Source: Callorhinchus milii (lineage: Eukaryota). Taken from it: DNA of 64,000 bases. The stretch lies in assembly GCF_018977255.1 (NCBI RefSeq), contig NW_024704742.1, positions 85,872,001 to 85,936,000 of the forward strand, in the 5' to 3' direction. Shown here piece after piece: positions 1-12,150 of this stretch (positions are counted from its first letter, which is position 1; every line of letters begins with the position of its first letter). The translations under genes and the position numbers were made by a program. A model generated the notes under the pieces. It was given only the letters and a program-made list of their open reading frames with translations. It did no database searches and had not been told where the DNA came from.

Positions 1-2327
1 CCTGCTCCTTGTCCCTCTTTGGCACTCTCTACTGATTGTATGTACTTGGTGGGCAGAGTTGAATTGAGGCTCAGCTGTGACGTCCTTCACACTGAGCAGC
101 AGCCGCTGACGCTCACTGCCAGGTGCACGAACAAAGGCTGGTTGGGTGTAAACCAAAGCGTAGCCTGTGGAGCCGCAGCCCAGCGAGAGGAAGCCGGATC
201 AGGAATGGAGAGCTATAATCAGACACACTAGAATATTTTTAACCCGTGAGATTATTCAGTATTGTAGAAGAATCTTGAATTCAGTATTAATTTGGAAGCC
301 AGTTTACCAGCGTTTCTTAAAAAGAAACCAATGTGAATTTTCTTTTTTTTAAAAAAAAAGACAATTGTCTTACAGACTGGAGCTAGATGGACATCTGGTG
401 TCTTGAACAGGTCAGTTCCCCAGGGCTTAACTGTGACAGGAAGCACTCTGCACAATTTAAGTTTATTTTATTTTATTTTCACTTGTATGTGGCCACTCCT
501 GTGTTGTTTGCCATTGAACTCTTAAATCCTGTCATTGCTGTGTTATCTTAGGGACTTTTTACACTTGTCCTCTCCCCCCCTCCCATATCTCCATAGGTGT
601 ATTGATTAATTGAGTTTTAAGCAGTGTTATTGCAGTTCCTTACGAGTGTTAGTCCACAACACAAAAGCTAGTGTGAAATTGACATCAGATTGACAGACTT
701 TCTTAGACAGATTGTGTGTGATGGTCTTTTATTCCTGCTGATGCTCATGGTTTTGCTGATGTTCATGGTTTTGCAGTAAAAGTTCTTTTTTTTAAAAAAA
801 AACTTTGAATCGTTCTAATGAGAAGGTTTCATAATCAAAGGCGAGGGTTACTGAACTGTAGACCTTTCACAAATAGGAAGGAGTAGACAGCTCCCACCTT
901 ATCTTTCTGCCCTCTCCAGTCTTCTCTTTCACCTCTGGGGTTTGAATACAACCCATACTGGTAGGATGAAAGTCTCCACTTTGGCTGGTGAGTGTCCTGT
1001 CAAATAAGATGTACATTCTGGAGGGTTTCTTTAGCGTACAGCTCAGCATCCTTGCCACTATCTGTCTGTTGTAACTCTGACTCTGGGAAGTTGCGTAGTC
1101 TCAAACTGGTGGTTGGTGGTCTGGAGTAATGACTTCTTGCTTGTGCAGCTTAGGGCATTGTAGCTAAACTGAGAGGTGATGGTACAAAAATAGATGCAAA
1201 GCAGGAAAATATTTTTTGCAAGCAGTTCCCACCCCCCCACCAACTTGTGCTACCTGCAATGTTATTTTAAGGTTGCTATTTCAGTTCAACAAGCAGCTTC
1301 GCCCATGGACTTTCAGAAGGAAACTTCCACGTAATCAGTGACTCAGTATGTAAGTACATTCATAGGTACACAATGTAATCCTGGGTGGTTAGAAACGCAC
1401 CTGAAAATAAAGAGCTTTCAGGTGTTCCCTTTAATTTGAAAGGTGGGTGCTACATCAAATGCAAGAATTATAAAAAGTGCATGATCCAGAGTGGAAAGTT
1501 TGCACACGGAAGAAGGAAAAAAAATTGTGCAACACTTCAAAATTCCATTGCATTTTTCAAAGCGTAACTTCTTTTAGATACATTTTGTTGCAAACATAAA
1601 AATCAGTGTTTTCAGCATGACCAGTAATGTGAAGAATTTTGCTTCTCTTGAGCCGAGACAGAACTTTTTTTTTTCCTTGAACAAAGATTCAAGCATTCCT
1701 TCTGTAGCAGGAGGCCATAAGACTTTGAAGGAAATTTATTCAATGCTGGTATGCATTCAACCTAGTTTGAGGATATTTTTTTAAACTGGGCACATTGTAA
1801 GTTGGCACCAGGCCATAAAATAACAGGCCTCTTTGTGCTGTCTTTGAAAAGAACAGCATCTAAAATCCAATCGCCACCTATAGATTTGAGTATCATTACA
1901 CAATTTTACTTCACTTGAAATTTGCCATAAGTGCCTAATGTAATCAATTTTTGCATTCTTTCATTTCATCATTGTATTCTACAGTAAAGTCAAACAAACT
2001 CATTAATGTGGTCAACCCACTTATGTGGTCAAAATCCCTCAATCTTGATTCTTGACTTTAGTCGTGAGTTTCGACTGTACACCATTTCTTATGTCAGTAA
2101 AGATCACTGCTTCAGTAAATCAAATTTGGTTAGCTAACTACTAAATTAGATGGCATTTTGCCCTGCAGTGCTAAGAAATGTCAACTTATTAACTTTTCAG
2201 CCTGTTGAGTCTGCTCAGCTATGTTTATTACTTTATAAAGGGAACAAGCAATATTGGTGTGTAAAACACCAATCACAGATATTTCTGAATGGCAAACCTA
2301 GATTTTTCTTCAGATGCTGAGTATGTG

Positions 2328-2655
2328 GAGTCCTGTAGCTCAGTGGTTAGAGCACTCGCTTTGCAAGCGAGAGACCTGAGTTCAATTCCAGGCAGAGGGC
2401 GAAACCTTGGGCAAGTTTCCTTACTCCACACGCCTAATAATAATCCCTCCAAAACCAAAAACAATAATAAATTGGTCATTTTCAAACTACGACTGTTTGT
2501 GGGACATTGCTGTGCGCAATTGGCTGCTGCGTTCGCCCACAAATATACAGTCAATTCACTTTACAGTGTCTTCCGTGAAGCGCTTTGGGACATCCTCCCG
2601 ACGTGAAAAGCGCTATATCAAATGCAAGGATTATTATTATTATATTATTATTATA
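2328..2655 (+). mobile_element. tRNA-Ala-derived composite SINE (other copies ~29296-29638 minus, ~58767-59140 plus)
   Basis: A box TAGCTCAGTGG, anticodon arm CTCGC-TTTGCAA-GCGAG, B box GAGTTCAATTCC; Deu-type body gtttgtgggacattgctgtgcgcaattggctgc; L2-like tail with (TTA)n. Confidence 0.85.
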
Positions 2656-2914
2656 AACGTCTCAAGCTTCACACTCGTGGTTCACAGTGCCCTTGGCACT
2701 ACTTACAGGGTGTCCTTGTACTCTTACTCAGTTGGGTTGTATATTGTATTGTGTTGGGTTTAGTTAGAGGCACATTTAACAAAGTTTGGTTAACTCTTAC
2801 CATTTATTTTCCCTTTTTCACTTACACCCAAATCGAAACAAATCTTTTTAATATATAAATTTTGTGTCCAGTTATTTTTCTTTAAATGTCTTCCCATTCA
2901 CTATGCCTCCTGGT

Positions 2915-3280
2915 CTCTAGCCTCCTCTTGCTGGGGTGGAGATCCATGGGTACTAGCTGCCCTTTGGTGAACTGCCCAAGTGGCCTTTACACGTGTGAAC
3001 CTTAGCAGCGAGCGTCACCCACCATGCAATTGTAGAGGCCATCACAGCCAAGCCTGACCTTTTCCCATCCAGCTGCTGTTTGCGAACAACCTGTAGAGGG
3101 ATCAGGAACAAGAATCCTGTTTTTTTTCTTTCCTAACCTGGGACAGCCAGGGGAAATTTAATCTCCCAAGCAACCCTGGCTGAGCCAGAAAACTCAGCAG
3201 TAACCTGGATTCGAACCAATCAGCTCCTGGACCATATAGTCCATAGAGCTGCAGTTCTATCCACTACACTATCATGGCTG
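2915..3280 (-). mobile_element. Second, older tRNA-headed SINE-like family (other copies ~40-215, 4480-4700, 11660-11945, 27060-27160, 27590-27690, 63560-63810)
   Basis: Recurrent cccaagtggcc..tgtgagcc..cagcgagtg..catcacagcc..aggaatcct..ttcctaacc..actcagca..ggattcgaacc (reverse B box); family not named. Confidence 0.6.
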
Positions 3281-3633
3281 CTCCTGTTTGAATCCTAAAA
3301 TGTTGTAACATTTCTTTCAAATATTGTCAGTGTGCATATTTGCATCTTAAAGATTATTAGGGTGTGCCCTCTGTGTGGCTGCTTGCAAAGCATCTCGATG
3401 TTTATTGTATTTTCTCCAGAGAATGGCCTGTATGTCAGTAAGAACTTCAGTTTGGACCCAAGATCTCATTCTTCTATACCCAGGCTATAGACCACTATGC
3501 TTAAGCTTGGCTGTACTTTGTTTAGGATCAGCCAATTTTTTCCTCAATTCTAGTTTCCAGATTGCTATTTAAGCAGTAGGTGTAAAAATGAGATCTGAGG
3601 CCTCAACTGTGTGTCCGTGTGTGTGTGTGTGTG

Positions 3634-4663
3634 TTTTTTGGTCAGCTGGGTGTCTTGACACATGTGGAAACCCATCACCATGCCTAAGAGTATCCAAACC
3701 AAGCTGAGATTTTCATGCATCCCACCTACACATGGAAATTCCAGGGCCAGTTCAGCTCCAAGGAGACACCACTTACCCCCCCCCCCACCCCCCCACAGGC
3801 CAATCAAGGTGGACTTCAGGCGCAGGGCATACAAAGGAGTGTTAACAAACTCGGACTCCAGGTAATGCCTTTCAGCAGCTGTCTCTCCAAGCCTCAAGAG
3901 TTTTCTCATCAGCTATCTGGTGGGCATCTATCTTCGGCGTGGTAGGAGGACATTTACACAACAACTTGTGACGTGCCAGCCACCTCGATGTTCTTAAGGT
4001 CCAAGTCCAATGCCATGTACCAGGCTTACTCAGCACCAGCTGTTCAATCCAGGTTCTCATGTGAGCGGGTTTAGCAAATAGCTGTGCCCGTTGCAAAGCG
4101 ACTCCGCCTCCAGGGGCTTCGCAACCGATCACGTAGGCTGTGGGTATGTTGGAGGGGAATGGAGAATTTGAAATCGCTTAATACAAAGTTGCAGGACTAA
4201 TTCAGGAATTGCATGCTGTATCACCCAGAGCATCACAATCGATTGTTAATGAAAGATTCCTTGTGGCAGAAATCTGATATTGTAATCTTACGAAGAGGAT
4301 GAGAAATACCTCATTGTCATGCACACTTTGATGTTGTGTACTTGGCATTATAGCTGAAAATCGATTCTATTGTCGCCTCTTTTAATATAAATAATAGATT
4401 TCAAGACAGAGTCACGGATAATGATGAAGAATGCAGTTTTTAAAAAAAAGTGTACTCTTGGACATTGAGGCCAATTGAAGTACTAACTCATCACAGACAG
4501 GAATTGCATTTGAGTCCTTCAGGGTCTTCACAGCTGACTTGACAATCAATCTCTGGGATTTCCACGTGTAGGTTGGAAGCATGGAAATCTCAGCTTGGCT
4601 TGGATACTCTTAAGCATGGTGATGGGTTTCCGCATGTGTCAAGACACCTGGCTTACCAAAAAA
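3634..4663. repeat. Inverted repeat, 111-bp arms (3634-3744 / 4553-4663)
   Basis: 100/111 matches by manual reverse-complement alignment. Confidence 0.95.
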
Positions 4664-4859
4664 AAGTGGCTTTCTATACTGAGCCATCAGGGGGAGCCCT
4701 GGCAGTGATCAAGCCATCTGCTAAATGTGGCTTCCCTGTTTTTTGAGCGGATGCTGCTTGTGTTGATTGTTCAAAACATTTAAAATGTTGCCCTCTACAC
4801 TCCTTAGAGCGTGCAGTTTATATTTGTGTGTGGTGGGTGCTATATAAATGCAAGTTGTT

Positions 4860-5095
4860 GACCATCGGTGGTCAGGCCTTCAGACTTCTGCCACCACCCA
4901 TTGGAACTCCATCCCACAGTCACTTCACCTCGCTCCCTCCCTTACCTCCTTCAACGTTTCAAGGCCCTCCTCTTCAGTCACCCTCCTATCCCTACCCTCC
5001 CTGATTACAGCCCTCAGGTCAGATCCACATCCCTGACTGTACAGCATCTTGGGACGTCCTCCTAATGTAAAGGCGCTATACAAATGTAATTTGTT
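4860..5095 (+). mobile_element. L2 LINE 3' end
   Basis: ccatcggtggtcaggccttcag...tggaactccatccc...gggacgtcctcctaatgtaaaggcgctatacaaatgtaa L2-type tail. Confidence 0.75.
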
Positions 5096-6923
5096 GGTTT
5101 GCCCATTCGGTTTGCTCCATTATAGGTGGCCAAACGTTTAGCCATTCTTCCCCTGTTCTCCATTCCAGAGTTTCTCAGTTTTGCCCCCACACTCTCTGCC
5201 TTAAGACTTTTCAGCCAGTCTTTAAGTTACCTGCTGCCTTCTCCAACTCAATTGTTTATAAATTGTTGACGACACTACCTTGACCTGATAATCAAGCTGG
5301 GCCTAATACCCATTAGATTAAAAAAAGTTTCTCTTTAATATAAACTGCTTTTCCAAATCTATAACTGGAGCACAAGCTTCCAGAAAATGAGGTTAGATCC
5401 ACAGCTTATGATTCATCTGGAAGGTATAGTGGCTTGAAGGGAATATCCATGGAGGCTTTCAACTGAGTTTTCAGTTTGGGTTGTCTGATTCAATATATTT
5501 TCTAACTAATATTTTAGCTGAACGGCAAGATATGCAACACATATTGAGATGACTTGTTTTGTCTGAAGTACCATAATGCTCTACTAGACAAGTTCGGATG
5601 AAGAAGGCCCCTCAGCCTATTTGATTCCATCCTTCAAGAATACATGCTCTACTGTCGTCGTGTTACTTATGTCATTGAAGAACAATATTTGTCTTTCTTT
5701 AAACTTTTCCTTGTAATTTTTGCTGAAACGGAAGTTTTGAGTCATTGGTAGGAGGTGGCGCTTTGAGCTATAAATTTACTGGAAACTATTTCAATTATTT
5801 CCTGAATCGGTTTCTGAATGAATGTCCACTTCCTTGTGATTATAATAAAAAAATTAAAAAAAACAACTCTGGCCCTATTCGTTATAGCCTCTGGCAACCC
5901 CACTGCACATTACTCTGACTCCCAGCAAAGAAAAACAATCTTTAGAAAGTTGCAGTTTTGTAATGCATACCCCACGATTGTCTTGTGCATTTGTGGGAGC
6001 TTTACAACAAAAGGCAGCTTTACAGATGGTACTTTGTGTGCTATGTATGAAATATTATTTGCCTGCTGGTGTTTGGCATTCATCAAAAGTTCCTTTCATC
6101 TTTAGCCCAGTCTAACTGTGATCAAAGTGGCTTGAATGCCTTTTTACAGATTAGGAATAATCCAACTTGGGCGCCCTTTTCAGTTAATCTGGCACTGTGC
6201 TGCATCCTGGCTTGATGTCAAAAATCCTTCTTGGATCTGTACACCCTCGTCAGTGAAGATGGATTAGCTAAGTAGTTTTAGAGTTCAGAATGAAGAGATA
6301 CTGTCATATCTGAGACAATTCAGTAGCAAACAGAATACCCAGATTTTCTGGGAGATGTTATACTATGTAGTTTTTCAGAAGCTGGAATTTACCATAATTT
6401 CACTTTGGGCATCATCCAACTTCAGTGTTTATATACTGTGTGAACTCATGACTTGACATGCTTCAGTCTTAGCTTTGCGAGCATTGTCATTAAACTTAAG
6501 AACATGCCGGAATTTTGGAAAATTCTTAAATTCAGTCTATTTGGAAATTACTTTTCCGCAAACTTTTTTTAAAAAAACTTAAGTGATTGTAGGAAGGAAG
6601 GAAAGAATTCCACAGTCTTATCACAGCGTTGAGATGTCTCAAAGCACTTCACAGAATATACTGTAAAGTGAATTGACTGTCTATTTTGAAAAGCGGCAGC
6701 AATTGCAATTGAATTTAATTAAATTGAATTGTATCGTGCATTGAGTTCTCATATGGGGCGGATGCAGGAAGCGCATTTAGGCCACTAAGCTTCCTGTATT
6801 CTTCATGCAGAAGGGTGTTGTAATTTCCACAGAGCATCTCTGCAACATAGGACTACTTTAGACATCCCTCACTAGTCTATTTTATTAACCTTCCTTAACC
6901 AAACTGCCAATGTAATGCTTAAT

Positions 6924-7190
6924 TCATAGAATTTTACAGCATAGAAGTAGGCTATTCGGCCCATCGAGCCTGTGACAGCTCTTTGAAAGAGCTACCAACT
7001 AGTTGCATTCCCCGCTCTTACCCCATAGCCCTACAAATTTTTCCTATCTAACTACCAATTTAATTCCCTTTTGAAAGCTATTATTGAATCTTGCTTCCAC
7101 CACCCCTTCAGGTATTCCAGACCGTAACAATTCTTGGGTAAAAGGAATTCTCCTTGTCTCCCCTCTAGTTCTTTTGTGGGCAACTTTTGC
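6924..7190 (-). mobile_element. CR1 3'-end fragment
   Basis: catagaattttacagcatagaagtaggctattcggccc..., homologous to the CR1 tails at 8222 and 39657. Confidence 0.8.
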
Positions 7191-8221
7191 AATGTAGACC
7201 CTCAGAATTGGGATTGCTTATATGTTCAAAATTTTGCCTCCTTCAAATATTTTCTCATACTTTCTACATCATAGTCTTCATTGATCAGTCTATCATTCTG
7301 CTGTTTTCAGGTAGTGGGGTCTTCATAGGATCTTTTTCACTGCTTTTTCTTTCCCTCCCTCCTCTGATCAAAATAATTTGAAATGTCCACTAGAAGCCTG
7401 AGTCATTGCAGAGGATCAAACTGACCTCTTATCTCCATTTCGTTCTTATCCTTCGGATAAGACATTAAACCGAGGCCCCGTCTGCCTGTTCAGGTGGACG
7501 TCAAAGGTCCCTTGCTGTTCAAAAAGAGAAGCGAGTTTCTCCCAGCCTCTTGGCTAACAATTCCCCCAAATAAAATTTGTCATTAGTTAGATGGCTGTTT
7601 ATGAGACATTGCCATGTGCAAATGGCTGCCGCGTTCACTTACAAATATACTTTATAGTAAATACTGTGAAGTGCTTTGGGACATCCTCCTGACATGAAAG
7701 GTGCTATATCAAATGGAAGGATTATTTATTATTTATTCAGCTTACTTCCTTTCTGACCACAGGTTCCACTCGATAGATGCCACGTTCTGGGTAACCTTTC
7801 CGCAATGCTCATTAAGATTGATTGTTTTTAAAATTCCGAACTCACTGGAAGCCATGCTCTCTGCAGGCAAGAATTTTTGTGCCTGAATCCCTACCTCTTG
7901 AGATCAATACTGGCAGTTTCACACAACTATCCTCAAAATATTTGACCATGTTTTTTTTTCCCCAATCATTCAATTTGCCTCTTCTTGAAGGCACCTTGAG
8001 TGGTGTGTTTGATTCTCCTCAGTCCCTTAGGCTCAATTCTTTACCTCGCAAGGCAACAAACTGAAGCAGTGGCTAAATACTCAAGAATCATTCTGTTTAT
8101 TAACACACAAATCATTGATTCAAACTATCGCTTTGTTTTAGCTTGCACTTGACAATGATTATCGTCAGTTATTCGATCGTAGCCGTCATAGCAGTTGGGG
8201 TATTGTGATTGCAAAGTGTAA

Positions 8222-10517
8222 TTCATAGAATTACACAGCACAGAAGGAGGCCATTCAGCCCATCGTGTCTGTGTTGGCTCTTTGAAAAGAGCTATCCAGT
8301 TCAATCCCACTCCCCTGCTCTCTCCCAGTAGCCCTGCAAACTTGTTCTGCCTAAATAATTATCTACTTTTCTCTTAAAAGCTGTTATCGAATCGGCTTCC
8401 ACCACCCTTTCAGGCAGTGCATTCCAGATCCGAACAACTCGCTGTGTAAACAAATTTCTCCTCACCTCCCCTCTGTTTCTTGTAACGACTATTTTAAAAT
8501 CAGTGTCTTCGGGTTACCAACCCACCCACCAATGGAAATAGTTTCTCCTTGTTCATCCTATCGAATCCTCGCATAATTTTGAAAATTTCTATTAAGTCTC
8601 TTCTTAACCTTCTCTGCTCCAAGGAGAATAATCCTGGCTTCTCTCGCCTCTCCTGATAACTGAAGTCCCTCATTCCTGGTACCATCCTGGTAAATCTCCT
8701 TTGCATCCTCTCCAATGCCTTGACATCCTTCCTAAAATATGGTGCCCAGAACTGAACACAGTACTCTAGCTGAGGCCTAACCAGTGCTTTATAAAGGTTC
8801 ATCATAACTTCAATTAGACCCCAAGTAGTCATTTGGCCCAACTTGCCAAATATGACCTAACCAGTGTTTTATAAAGTTTCATCATAACGTCTTGACTTTT
8901 GTATTCTGTGCCCCTATTTATAAAGCCTCGTATCCCATTTTTTTTGAACATCTTTATTAACCTGTCCTGTCACCTTCAAAGATTTACTTATATGAACCCC
9001 CCCAGGTCTTTCTGTTCCTTCACCTCCTTTACGATTGTACCATCTAACTTATGTTGCCTCTCCTCATTCTTCGTCCCAAAATGCATCACTTTGCATTTCT
9101 CCACATTAAACTTCATCTGCCACGTGTCTGCCCATTTACCAGTCTACCTGTTCATTTGCAGCCTGCTACTATTCAACCCACAGTTTACTATTCTTAGCTT
9201 AGTATCATCTGCAAACTTGGAAATTGTACTCCCTATATCCAAATCCAGGTCATTTATATAGATCAAAACCAGCAGTGGTCCCAATACCGACCCCTGGGGG
9301 ACACCACTGCGCACTTCCCTCCAGTCAGAAAAAAAACCGTTCATCACCACTCTGTTCTCTGTCTCCCAGCAAGTTTTGTATCCATGCTGCCACTGTCCCT
9401 TTAATACCGTGGGTTTCTGTTTTGCTTACGTCTCTTATGTGGCATTTTATCAAACGCCTTTTGAAAATCCATATAAATTACATCAACTGCACTGCCGTCA
9501 TCCACCCTCTCCGTTACTTCATCAAAAAACTCTTATCAGGTTTGTTAGACATGATTTGCCTTTAACAAATTCGTGTTGGTTGTCCTTTATTAATGCATAT
9601 TTTTCTAAGTGAAAATATATTTTATCTTGGATTATAGTCTCTGGAAGCTTCCCCATTACTGATGTTAGGCGACTGGCCTGTAGCTCCCGGGTTTATCCTT
9701 CTGCCCTTTTTGTCCAGGGGGTAACATTTGCAACCCTCCAGTCCTCTGGCACCACCCCAGTGTCCAAGGAGGATTGAAAGATTGTTGCCAGAGTCTCAGT
9801 TATTTCCACCGTTCCCTCAGTAACCTAGGATGCAACCCGTCCTAGGATGCAAGGTGACTTATCTACCTTGAGCACCGACAACCTTTTTAGTACCTCCTCT
9901 CGGTTTATTCTTAGCTTATCCAATTTCTCTACCCTCTCCTCCGATATACATAGCAGTGGCTGCATCCTCTTTTGTGAGGACAGATGCAGAGTACTCACTT
10001 AGTACGTCAGCCATGCCCTCTGCCTCCACAAGAAGATTTCCTCTTTGGTCCCTAATTGGACCCACCCTACCTTTGACTAACCTTTTATTCTTCATATGTT
10101 TATAAAATACCTTAGGGTTCCTTTTTATGTTACCCGCTAATCTTCTCACACAATCTCTTTGCCCCTCTTATTTCCTTTTTCAGTTCTCCTCTGTACTTTC
10201 TATATTCTATTTGATTATCTTCTGTATTTTGGACCTGACATTTATCATAAACCTCCTTTTCCTGTTTTATTTTAATCCAGGTTTCCTTATTCATCCAGTG
10301 AGGTTTGGATGCCCTACCTTTCCTCTTTGTGGGAATGTATTTGCCCTGTCCCCAAACTATTTCCTCCTTGAAGGCTTCCTGTTGCTCATTAGCTGTTTTT
10401 CCTGCCAATCTTTCTTTCCAGTCCACCTTGGCTAGGTCCCTTTTTAACTCATTGAAATTAGTGCTCTTCCAGTTGAGTATCCTCACCTTTGATTGCTCCT
10501 TGTCCTTTTCCATGCAT
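8222..10517 (-). mobile_element. CR1 LINE, 5'-truncated (~2.3 kb), disrupted ORF2 reverse transcriptase
   Basis: Minus-strand ORF fragments [51 protein letters not shown] and IKRNPKVFYK; CR1 tail (catagaat) at the left end; frameshifts and stops. Confidence 0.93.
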
Positions 10518-11945
10518 TCATGTGTTTGATCCTGCTGTTTTGATACTCACTTGCATGAGGCACTGGGAGTAACCCAGAGATCGTCAGGGAGAAGATTGGC
10601 AAAATAAGTGGTATCTCCAAAAGGGGAGGAAGGAGGTAGTATAATAATGGAGAACCCATGTACTGTGTATCCTAATCCTGGACAGTAACTTACTCTGTAG
10701 TAGTTGCTCTGCAAATTGCAGGCTGCACAAAGTTAGGCAGACCCACATTTCCAGGATTGTTTTCTTTTCCCCTTTTTCTCCTCTCTCTTCTGTCTGCCTT
10801 GTTATACCCAATAGCACTGTGCTATTTTCTTGCCCTTTATAAAATGCCTGTGTTCCTTAAGTAAAGGAATTCCAGCTATTGCCGGATGTAACATCTACGA
10901 AAATCTGAGTCAGACCTGTGATCTCTAAATCATCACCCAAATATTTATTGGGCACAGTTTGGAAAGTAACACTTGTACATTGACCAAAGAACACCTTTCT
11001 AATCCAGCATTGTGTGTGATCTGTCAAATCTTTTTGCCGTAATTGAAGCCAGGCTTTAAGAGTAATAATTATTTTTAAAAAAACCACTTTTGTGATCATA
11101 TTACATAGTGCTTGTCCTACAAAAGTCTGTCTCACTGGAGCATTTCATCTGACTCTTAATGTACTTTGAATTATTCAGAAGAGCCGACCAGTTCACCATT
11201 GGCTCTGAGGGCCAGAGAATAACCTGAGTCCAAAGAGATGCTGTATACACAGTAAGCACCACTAAAATTTGTAGGGAATGTTGATTTTCCCAATGCTGTT
11301 GACAGCACTGATGGCGTCTTGCACCATGTTAGGCTGTTCCTGCTGCTGAACATGTCATTCCAGTTGCCTTTAGAAAACAACGCATATGCCCTCCATCAGC
11401 TGAGGTCAAAGCAACGAGTGAGTGACTGACTTCGAGGTCTGCTTGCAGCAGTGTTGGGAATGCTTCCAACAGATTAGACAAAAGTACACTGAAGTATGTC
11501 TGGCCCAAGAAATATAAACTGTTTTGATTTTGTTTAAAAATAATTTTAGTATGTGTCCAATTATTTTTCGAATTGTTCTTCCATCACAAATTGTCTCTGC
11601 TCCTGGTCTGGCTTTCTCTTGCTTGGTCTGGTTCCATGTGCCCGAGTTGCTCTCCTGTTCCCTCCAAGCGCATTGTGCATGTGTGAGCCTTGGCAGCGAG
11701 TGTTGCCAAGCCACTCAACTGCAGAGGGTACCACAGCCGAAGCTGACCTGTTGCCAGACGTGCACAACCACAACCAGCACATGGTGCTGTGGAGAAAGCA
11801 GGAATCCTATCCGATTTTCCCCTCCCTAACCCTGTGAAGGCTGGGGCCAATTTAGACTCCCAATGCAGCCCCAGTGGAGACCAGCAAACTCAGCACGGAA
11901 CAGGATTCAAACCTGGTTTATCAGCTGCAGCTCAATCGTCTACAC

Positions 11946-12150
11946 CAGTGGTGGCCAACCTGCGGGCCAGAAGTGGCCCTCAGGGCTGTCAAGAAGCAGC
12001 CCCCTGAACATTCGATAGTCTGGGTAAGTCTGTGTTCAATCGGTAGTGGATTTTCAGTTTTTTTCTTGTTTGATTATTTCTTGATTCAGGGTATAAATTA
12101 AGAAATATTCAACTAAGAACATTTATTTTGTTGTCTGACCATAAAGGCTA
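11946..12150. mobile_element. hAT-like DNA transposon terminal fragment (second copy 50724-50965)
   Basis: Starts CAGTGGTGGCCAACCTGCGGGCC (hAT-type terminus); ~200 bp alignable to 50724-50965. Confidence 0.65.

Noticed and set aside
2328..2402. Functional tRNA-Ala(TGC) gene
   Set aside because: Acceptor and T stems are imperfect, no oligo-T terminator follows directly, it runs into a SINE body and tail, and diverged sister copies exist.
3745..3790. gccagttcagctccaaggagac shared with ~46258-46300 as a local copy
   Set aside because: The copies are 42 kb apart, more consistent with an interspersed repeat relic.
3634..4663. MITE with 111-bp TIRs
   Set aside because: No TSD, and a SINE head continues across the right arm from inside to outside.
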